Below, piece after piece: positions 1-9,900 of a DNA stretch of 42,176 nt (its first letter is position 1; each line of letters opens with the position of its first letter). Position numbers and translations under genes: made by a program. The stretch is taken from the NCBI GenBank assembly GCA_048213135.1, contig PS015054.1, forward strand, positions 443,812 to 485,987, written 5' to 3'. This DNA is from Reclinomonas americana ATCC 50394 (lineage: Eukaryota). The notes under the pieces are model-generated. The model was not told where the DNA came from, searched no databases, and saw nothing but the letters and a program-made list of their open reading frames with translations.

Positions 1-328
<328 letters not shown>

Positions 329-573
329 TCAACGGCACATGATCGCCGCTCTTCCTCTTCTTCTCTCGTGTGCAGAGAACCGCCAAGTGTGTCATCCTTC
401 AGTTGTCAATCGTCGACTTCTCTCGACGTCATTATTTCGACTTCAAACTGTACACTCGTCACCCCCTCTTCTCCTTCCTCAATGTACAAGCTATGTACAG
501 CAGTATGTGTTGGGATATTTTCCGGGAGGAGAGGGGAGGAGACTCACTGACAACCGTGTGCCAGGCGCCCGCA

Positions 574-3422
574 TCACAAGCAGTCAAAGTAAGGTGCAGG
601 TCGGCATGTGGTTCCCGGCGTGCACGTCACTTGCACCGCCCAGCCGCCGTATGTGCACACCGACAAGTTGTTGTCGACGCAGTCCCACGCGCCGCGGTTG
701 ACATTGGGATCGCAGACTGGTTGCCCTGAGCCAGAGCGAGTGACTGCAAGATGGATGGATACATGAGACAACTGCCAGCCGAATTCGAAGAAAGACATGC
801 AGGCTGCGTGCTTATAGTTACCTCCCGCAATCGTAAACAGCTTCTCCGTTTGGAGACCAACTGCATTCGTCGAACGAATGCGTACAGTGAGAGTGGTACG
901 ACTCTCGCCGGCGTTCGCAATGCGCAAACTGTTGCCACTGATGTTGAATGCATCGCCGTTCGTCGATGCGTCGCTGACAATCGTGTAGGTGAACGACGAC
1001 GTGACGGAGGCAGTGGTCGACAGTTGGCCGACCACTGTGTTTGCAGAGGCCGTCGGAGCGGAGAAACTCGTTGCCGACAGCGAAATATTTGTGGGTCCAC
1101 CTGCACGTCATTGGTCAGATATCTCTCTCCCGCCTCTCCGCAGCATCGCTCCAAGAGACACAAACACACCTTGTGCGGTTGAACAAGGGTCGAAGCTGAG
1201 CGCCACCATCTTCCACTGCAGTTGCAAGTAAAGTTGATTTTGCAGCGTGTATGCGCACTGCAGCAAGGTGGTGCCGTTGCACTGCAGAGTGCACGACGTG
1301 GAGCAGCTGTCTCCCGGATTGGGGGCGGACGGTGTGGGGGTCGGTGTGGGCGTAGGAGTCGGCGTCGGTGTGGAGTTCACTGTGCCGATTGCGAAGACAA
1401 CATGAGCTCCATCATCATCCAAGCAGAGTGATGAACACAGCTCACCTCCAGCAATAGTAAACGTCTTCTCAAAGTACTTGCCACCGTTGGCGGCGGCGTC
1501 AGTGCTGCGCACGCGCACCGACAACGACGCCGACGACAGACCGGCCGTGGCGATTTGCAATGTATTGCCGCTCGCGCCGGCAATCTCAAACACATCGCCG
1601 TTCGTGCCACTCGCCGCCACAATGGTGTACGTGAAGGGACCGACGGTATCGGAGGTGGTAGACAGAGAGCCGATCACTTGGTGCGCGGTCGACGGCATCG
1701 AATACTGCCCGTTGCCGGAGAGCATCAGGTCGCTGGGACCGGCGGGTGGGTTGGGAGTCGCGCTGCCGGTGAGGCGATCAGCGACGCCAGCCAGCAGGGC
1801 GACACCATTTGACACTGCGGAGGAGAGGGTGAGCGAGCGGGTGGCAAGCACGGATCTCATTGGCTCTCCAACGACGCAACACTCCCAAATCATTATGCCT
1901 CCGTAGCCATTGGCCTTGACGTAGTCGGCCTTGAGACCCAACGACTGGTCGTCGTCGTACGAGATGAAGATTTGTGCCGACGCACTGTACAAGTATGGCA
2001 CCTGTGCGGCGCTGTCCCAGTACCGCTGGTAGCCATTGATGCCGGCGTTGCTGGTGCCGAGGAACCGGTTCACCACATCATAGTAGAACACGGAGCCACT
2101 GGCGCCGAGTGTGCCAGTGCCCGCATACGAGGCCGGCGAGAACAGGCCATTCTGCGTGGGTCAAACAGACTCAGCGCACGTACAAGCAGAGTGCGACAAG
2201 CAGCGCGCGCGACATACCCGCGTGCCTGCAGAGACGCCGGCGTAGATGTGGCCGTAGAACGCCACACCCGCAGCCAAGCGACCGGCTGGTGCGCCACCGC
2301 TGACGTACGCCTGCAGCGAGGCCACCACGTTGAACTTGCTCTTGGCCGGCTCACTGATTGGCGACGACGGGTCCGCATACAGCGGGGCGTTGTGTCCAGT
2401 GCGCGACAGATCCCAGGTGCCGAAAAAGTCGTAGGCTGTGTTGTGTGTTGGGAATATATCAATGAGCAACTCGAGGGATAAGCAGGAAGATAAGAGAGGG
2501 AGGAGGGAGGTACGAAACCCATCACGTTGACCCAGTCAATGTACTGCAGCATGTTGGCCAGCTGCAGGTTGACGACAGCCGACGGAGCCGCCGGACCGGC
2601 AATGGTGATGAGGCCGTTGGTGAGCCCACGCGCTTGCATCTCCTGCCGCAGCGCTTGCACCAGCAGCACGTAGTTCGCCCCGTCGGACGGCAGGTGCGGA
2701 ATGTTGTTGCCACCCTGCGCAAGCATGAAATGAGCACAGCAAGCAGGAAGACGCGTTTGCTTGGCGGTTCACGTACTTCCACCGGGTACTCCCAGTCCAA
2801 GTCCACGCCATCAAAGGAGTAGTTGACCATAAAGTCCACCGCCGACTGCGAGAGGAGCAAGGCCAGTGAGACAAGGAGGAAAAAACAAGAAACGATCGAG
2901 ACTGTACTGCTCCAACCTTGGCAAACTTGGTGCGGTTGGTGGCCGAGGCGGCGACCGCAGAAAAGTTCGTGGACCACGTCCACCCACCAATGCTAATCGC
3001 CGTGCGCACATTCGGGCAGCGCTGCTTGAGGGCCTTCAGCGCCAGCAGGTTGCCGACACTGCCATCGCGCATTGGCAAGCCCGTGTCGGCCCACGAGTCG
3101 CCCACCAACACCGTTCCGCTGCTGTCCAGGTTGGCAAAGGCAAAGTTGATCACGTCCAAACGAGCGCACATGGCCGCAGTGATGTCGGCAATCTGATAGT
3201 TGCGCTCGTACACGGACCATGACGCCACATACGAAATCACTTTGGTCGTGCAATCACGAAGTCTCTGCGTTGTGTTGTGTGAGTTGTGCACAATGAACAC
3301 AAGTGCGTGTGCATGCACGCAACTACACCGCTTGCACATGCAGCATCCGCGTGACGCGCCTGCACTGCAACCAGCACCACCACGAGGAGAGAAAGAAGCA
3401 AGGAAAATCTCGCACGACACAT
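574..3422 (-). CDS. Secreted GH18 chitinase: signal peptide, GH18, cadherin-like, PT linker, 5-Cys module, cadherin-like, CBM19-like 6-Cys module (about 10 exons)
   Basis: Spliced translation gives hydrophobic leader MCRARFSLLLSLLVVVLVAVQA, then YVASWSVYERNY, NFAFA, SIGGWTWS, intact catalytic FDGVDLDWEYP, NVMAYDFFGTW, FISYDD and GGIMIWELS. The tail ends CDPNVNRGAWDCVDNNLSVCTYGGWAVQVTCTPGTTC...DCL*. Confidence 0.93.
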
Positions 3423-3747
3423 GAGAATGATGATGCGTTGCACGCTGTTTGTGTGTGCGTTTCAAGACTCTCAACACTGTGTGACGGAGATCCCCACGCG
3501 GCCTCACAAAGCACGTTGCGCAAAACAATGCGTCAGTTGCGCGCAACCGACTTAGCCGATTTGAGGTTGCACATTTTTTTATCGTGCCCCTGGGCGCACC
3601 CGCTGCAACCACTTCCGCCACACATCTTTTTTATTCGCTTTCCGTTGTGCAAACGACGCAACTCCCCCCCACCCGCCACCCGTGTATCTGTCGCTGTGTG
3701 TTGTGCGCACAAGTGGTTTGATTTTCCGTTCAAGAACGACAAGGAAG
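3423..3747. promoter_or_regulatory. Putative bidirectional promoter between chitinase and LPMO
   Basis: 325 bp between divergent ATGs (3422 minus, 3748 plus). Contains palindromes TTGCGCAA (3516-3523), GTTGCGCGCAAC (3536-3547) and TTGTGCGCACAA (3701-3712). Confidence 0.55.
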
Positions 3748-6700
3748 ATGCATGCAAAGTCATCTGCTGTGTGGTTCCTGCTGTGTGCGGTGCTGCTGGC
3801 GTGTGTGCCACTGGTCACCGGTCACGCACTTCTGCTTTCTCCTCGTTGCGTTTGTGTGCTGTTGTGATCAATGGGTGATGATAATCTCTTGACACTTTGT
3901 GTGTCCACAGTTGCACGGTCCGGGTGCCCGAGCTGCAACAACTACTGCCCGCACTGTTTGAATGCCGGTGGCCCAGGGTTCCGTCGTTCTTGACTTGTAT
4001 GCTCATGTGTGCGCTGCGCGATTGCTGACTTCCTTTCTGTCACCAGACAAGTGTCGGCATTCACTCCTGGCAACCATGCGTGGCCGGCGGTGGAGACGGC
4101 GACGACTGCGGTGCGCCGTGGTCTGTGCGGTGGCAATCCGGATGGCACCGGCTTGCAGTTTCTGACACCGGGGCCGCTGGCGGCCTCGTATGCCGCTGGA
4201 CAGGTCATTAACATGACTGTGCGTGTGACGGCGCATCACAAGTTGAGTGCGTTGCGGTCAGTGATGACTACGTTGGCGCCCTCCGAGAACTCACGCTTCC
4301 CCCATTGCTTTGGTGTCGATCCGCAGAGGTCACATGGAGGTGAGATATCAGCGGCCGCTGAGCAGTCACTTTAGTGTTTCTCGATCACTCACTCATGTGT
4401 GCAGGTCCGCCTGTGCGAGAACGCCCAAGCGTTGACTCAAGATTGCTTGAACGCCCACGTGCTTCAGCGTGTGGACACCACGTATTCACCGATTGATGCC
4501 GCGTATCCCGGTCGCTGGTACTTGCCACCGAATGGCATTGGCGACTACCCGATGCAGTATCGCTTGCCGGCCGGTGTCACGTGCAACAACTGCGTGCTGC
4601 AGGTAACGAGCCTCCACTGCGTCGTGGGGATCGCTGCCGTTGTCTCATTTGTGTTGACAGTGGTGGTACGTCACTGGCAACTCCTGCTCTGCTCCCGGGT
4701 ACGGCACCTATGCCTTCCCCAGTTCATCGTGGTGGAGTCCTGGAGTCGGCACGTGTGGTGTCAATGCGCCCTACCCCGAAGAGTTGCGCCATGTCGTCAG
4801 AAAATAACAGAGCACTGATGCCACCATCGCTGCTGACACCTCCCCCAGGTTTTGGAACTGCGCCGACATATCCATCACCGCTGATGGCTCGTCGCCGACA
4901 CCAACTCCGACGCCCACGCCCACGCCGACCCCGACGCCAACGCCTACGCCTGCGGCGCCAAACGTCGGCGACGTGTGCCCCGACAGTTGCGACATGACTT
5001 GCAACGGCTCATCGCTGCTGCAGTGCGAGTATGTGTCCACTGGTGCGTCGGCTCTCGGGCGCAAGTGGGCCCTGTTGGCCTCCAACTGGCCGGCGTGTTC
5101 ATTCGGCAACACACCAGGTTTGCTGCGCTTGCTTTTCCCCTCGATGCCCTGTATTCGTGTACGATATCCTGACTGTGATGACTGTGGCCCCAGCGGGTCC
5201 CACGGACATTTCACTGAGCGCATCGTCGTACCAGTCACCGTCGGTGGCCAACCAGACTGTCGGAACCCTCGCAGCCACATCGGACACCACTGGTCCGTTC
5301 ACCTTCTCGATTGTGAGCGACACGGCAACGAATGGGACGCAGTTTGCGATTGCCAACGGCAACGTGCTGCAAATCACGACGGCCGGACTGACGTCCGCGC
5401 TGTCGGTACGCGTGCGAGTGACCGACGCGGCGGCAAACGGTGGCAAGTCGTTTGACAAGCTTTTCTCAATCTCGGCTGGTGAGTGAGTGGGTGGTTGGGT
5501 GCAGTGTGATGATGATCAGTGCCTGAATATTGTGTGTCGTACAGTTGCACCACCAGCGACAGGCCCCACCAACATCACACTGAGCGCCTCGTCTTACCAG
5601 TCGCCGTCGGTGGCCAACCAGACTGTGGGAACCCTCACAACCACATCGGACACCACCGGTCCGTTCACCTTCTCGATCGTGAGCGACACGGCAACGAATG
5701 GGACGCAGTTTGCGATTGCCAATGGCAACATGCTGCAAATCAAGACGGCCGGACTGACATCCGCACTGTCGGTGCGCGTGCGAGTAACCGACGCGGCGGT
5801 AAATGGTGGCAAGTCGTTTGAGAAGGTGTTCTCGATCTCGGCTGGTGAGTGAGTGGGTGGTTGGGTGCAGTGTGGTGATGAGCAGTGGCTGAATAGTGTG
5901 TGCCGCACAGTTGCACCACCGCCGACAGGTCCGACCAACATCACACTGAGTGCTTCGTCGTATCAGTCGCCGTCGGTGGCCAACCAGACCGTGGGAACCC
6001 TCACGGCCACATCGGACACCACCGGTCCATTCACCTTCTCGATCGTGAGCGACACAGCAACGAATGGGACGCAGTTTGCGATTGCCAATGGCAACGTGCT
6101 GCAAATCAAGACGGCAGGACTGACATCTGCACTGTCGGTGCGCGTGCGTGTTACGGACGCAGCGGCAAATGGTGGCAAGTCGTTTGAGAAGGTGTTCTCA
6201 ATCTCGGCTGGTGAGTGAGTGGGTGGTTGGGTGGTTGCAGTGTGGTGACGATGCATGGCTCAATTCTGTACGCTGCTGCAGTCGCACCACCACCGACACC
6301 AAAAGGTCCGACGAACATCACACTGAGCGCCTCGTCGTATCAGTCGCCGTCGGTGGCCAACCAGACTGTGGGAACCCTCACGGTCACATCGGACACCACC
6401 GGTCCGTTCACCTTCTCGATCGTGAGCGACACGGCAACGAATGGGACGCAGTTTGCGATTGCCAATGGCAACGTGCTGCAAATCAAGACGGCAGGACTGA
6501 CATCCGCACTGTCGGTGCGCGTGCGCGTTACGGACGCGGCGGTAAATGGTGGCAAGTCGTTTGACAAGGTGTTCTCGATCACGGCTGGTGAGTGGGTGTT
6601 GCAACGTTGTGAGTATGAGAGTGTGTGTGGATGCTTACGGATCGGAACAGTCTCTTCCCCGACGTGCAACCCGTCGGTGAACCGCGGAGCCTGGGCTTGC

Positions 6701-6811
6701 ATCGGCAACAATCTTTCTACGTGCGACTGGACCGGATGGGTAGTCATCCAGAAGTGCACGGCCACCCAGGTGTGCCAGGCATCGCCGGCCACGGGCTACT
6801 ATTGCAAGTGA
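3748..6811 (+). CDS. Secreted AA15 lytic polysaccharide monooxygenase: signal peptide, AA15, PT linker, 5-Cys module, 4 cadherin-like repeats, CBM19-like 6-Cys module
   Basis: A 25-aa signal peptide ending VTG is followed directly by His (codon 3823-3825). Spliced product reads HALLLSPLAR, CPHCLNAGGP, GLCG, TAHHKGHMEVRLC, QYRLPAGVTCNNCVLQWWYVTGNSC and PEEFWNCADISI, all typical AA15 motifs. Confidence 0.9.
5194..6587 (+). repeat. Four near-identical tandem exon+intron units encoding cadherin-like domains
   Basis: Exons 5194-5478, 5545-5844, 5911-6210 and 6282-6587. Donors at 5479, 5845, 6211 and 6588 give spacings of 366, 366 and 377 bp. The first three introns start gtgagtgagtgggtggttgggtg, and all introns are phase 1. 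Confidence 0.97.
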
Positions 6812-6988
6812 TATTTTGCTCTCTTTCTCTCGCTGTACATACTTGTAAAAAATGGTGTACATTTGTCAAGTCGATGTACTGCTCGTCTCCTCTGCGGACT
6901 CCTTTCCACGACAGCGCGACAACTCGACTTGCAACAAAGCTTCGAGACAATTGCAAAAGCGGACACGGGACAAATAACGTTCGAAAAA

Positions 6989-9900
6989 ATGACTGAGCGA
7001 TGGGAACAGCGACGACTCGAGCTGTTGCGTCACACACACCCTCTCTCTCTCTCTCTCTCACATATACACACGCATGCTGACAATCTGCTTTGCGTGCGTC
7101 AGCGATCACCGATTGGACGCACTGCGGCGACGAACAGGCGGGTTGGTCGACAGCGGCGATGTGGGTGTCAGCGGCAGTCGGCTTGCGGTGCGTCGCGCTG
7201 AGCGAGCGCGGCTGGAGCTGAACGAACTGAACAAGGAGAATGCGGAGGCGGCCGCACGCAATCAGCGATTGCTGAGCGTGTTTGGAGATCTGGTCAAGCA
7301 CTTGTCGCAGATGCAGGCGCCGGCCACAGAGGCCGCGCAGCAGCTTCGTGCGGAGAAGGTGCGTTGCAGGACACTGCTGGTGTGGGGAGAGAGAGATAAG
7401 TGCTGAATGCGATGGGAGCAGGAAAAGTACTATTCTCATGTGATGGAACAACTGCCGGAGTGGCGTCGGCGACGTGATGCTGTGCGCAGTCGCGATGTGC
7501 AACGCATGGAGCAGGAGATTGTGCGTATGGAGGAGGAGCGGGCACGATTGCAGCGGGAGTTTGAGAATGAGCAGCTGGCACATGGAGTGTATTTGCGCAA
7601 GAGCATCGAACATCAGCAGACCAAGGAGCGACTGATGATGGAGGCGGAGCGGATGAAGGCGGAGCGAGAGCAGCGGGAACGCGAGGGTGAGATAATCTAG
7701 AGTGAGGCGGCCTCGGTTTGAGAGATCCTCATTGTGTGTCGACAGAGGCCGAACTGCAGCTGATTGTGCAAGAGGCTGCGCGATTGGAGAAGGAACGCTT
7801 CCGGCAGCAGTCGCAGACGGCAGTAGCCGAGGTCGCTCGTCGACAGTACTTGGACGTCAAGGGTAACGTGCTGCACTCGAACGCGTCGCATCAGCATCGA
7901 AGCTGACGCAAGTGTCTCGTGTCTTTTTTCTTTTCAGCTCAACTGCTCGAGCAAGCTGCCACCGGTTCCATCGACTTTTCTTCGACAGCAACCTCACAGC
8001 AGTCACTGCCGCGCACGGAACTGGTGCGGGAACCACTGACTACGCTCTACAGTTCCGGCTCTAGTGCGAATGCGGCGGCAGCCGGCGCCAGTTCCACGCT
8101 TACGCCGTTGCGGCTGTCGTCCAACCTCCTGCAACTGCGCGCAGCACCTGTGCCGCTCTCAGCTTCTACGCTCACCGCAATGTCGCTGGAGGCCGATACT
8201 GTGGAGCACGTTGTGAATTCAATGACAAAAGACCAGTTGCGTGCAAAGCGCTTCACTTGCAGCATTCCCCATCGTGCCTCACCGCGATCCGCCAGAATTC
8301 TTGCCGTGTTTATCGCTCTGGTGGCTGAGCTGGAGATGATTGACGCGCACGTGATGGTGAGCGTGTCTCGCGCTTGTCGGAAAGAGCTCCACTTGCCTGA
8401 CTTACAATCGCTTTGTGATTGATTTCAGTGTCCATACGCGTCCATGGATGCGACCATGTCGTTTGCACCCACCGGTGTCGAGAGTGCATCGCGTGTTGCA
8501 CTGCTGAGGCATGTACTGAGTGGAGCCAGTGCGGCACAGCTGCCTGTCGGCGAGCGTGCGCAATCGGTGCTGGATCTGGTGCATTTTTATCCGCAAGGTA
8601 CTGCCTGAACTCATGCTTCTTCTCCCAGTCGATAATGACACCAGCTGTCCACAGGTCTCGCTTCGCTCTCGTTTATTCAGGATTGCCTTATTACCACCAC
8701 TCGCTACACGCTCGACATGATCGATAAGCACTTTTTCGGCAGCACCCGAGGTTGGCACTTCATCCATGCCCTTTCGCTCTCTCTCTCGTCTCACAAGTGC
8801 GACACGCAGAAATATGGATACGCATGGTGCGTCACTTGCAGGTGGTCGTCACGCGGTATCCGCAAGAAAAGTACACGGTGCTGCAAGCGTTTGCATCGGC
8901 CCTGGTTCCACCCGGCGAGACCGTACATGCCTTTTCCATGTCGCGCAAGGTCTGCTGATCGCCCGTCCTGTGGCTGTCGTCGCAGTCAATTCTCACTGTG
9001 TGTGTGTGTGTGTGCGCGTGGGATCACAGATATTGCAGTTCCTGGAAGCGCTGGTTCGCCAGTCTCGTATCTCCGAGACGTACGCGCTGACGCGATCGAC
9101 TGAGCGGCTAATGGCGGCGGAGAGTGACGCGCTGCACCCGGTCACCGCTGTCACACCGACGGTGGCTGCTGCCTCAACACCGGTGGGTGTCGCCAATCCC
9201 GCTACTGCGGCGGCTTCGCATGCACAGAAGCCACCATTGGGCGCGACAGCCCCGCCTTCCAAGCTGCTGCCTCTGCATCTGATTGCACAGTCGACCGCCA
9301 CTGCAGTCTCGCAGCCGTCGCCGCCGGCCACCACCGGTGTTCCGAGCATGAGCATTTCGAGTCCGCCCACCGATCTCGACAACGGCGCCAATGAACGAGT
9401 AGCACGTGAGCAGGCCGCTTTGGCGGAGCGGCAACGCCTGGTGGCGCGCCAGGCAGAAGCCTTGCTGCAGATGCAACGCGAGCTCCAGGAGCAGGAGGAG
9501 CGAGCAAAGGCCGTACAGGAGGAGGAAGCTGCAAGGCGGCGGCAGGAGGCCGAAGCAGCAGCCGCAGCAGCCAAACAGCGACAGTTGGAAATGGAAAGAG
9601 CGGTGGCCGAGGCGGCGGCGATGGAAGTCAGAAGGCGGCAGCAGCAGCAGCAGCAGGAGCAGCAAGAGGCCGAACAGAAGGCTGCACAAGAGCGTCAGCG
9701 CAAGCTGGAGCAGGAGCAAGCAGAACAGCGCCGACTGGAGCAGGAACGTGCAGCGGCGGCTGCAGCTGCTGCATCTCAGAAAGTGGCACCTGTTGTTGTC
9801 GCTGCGGGAAGAACGGAACGAACTGTGCCAGTGGCATCGGTTGCCTCCCCGCCACGTGCCGGAAGCGCTGTGGCCATTGACGACATTCCGGCTGGCGTTA

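Noticed and set aside
3845-3915. Short direct repeat GTTGC at both ends of LPMO intron 1 (and AGTGT at the chitinase 1815-1880 intron), suggesting introner target-site duplications
   Set aside because: Most other shifted-donor introns show no such repeat, and the intron bodies are unrelated to each other.
5194-6587. Regular repeat array as possible CRISPR or transposon
   Set aside because: Units are about 366-bp coding exons plus GT-AG introns, with no short repeat/unique spacer structure and no cas or transposase motifs.
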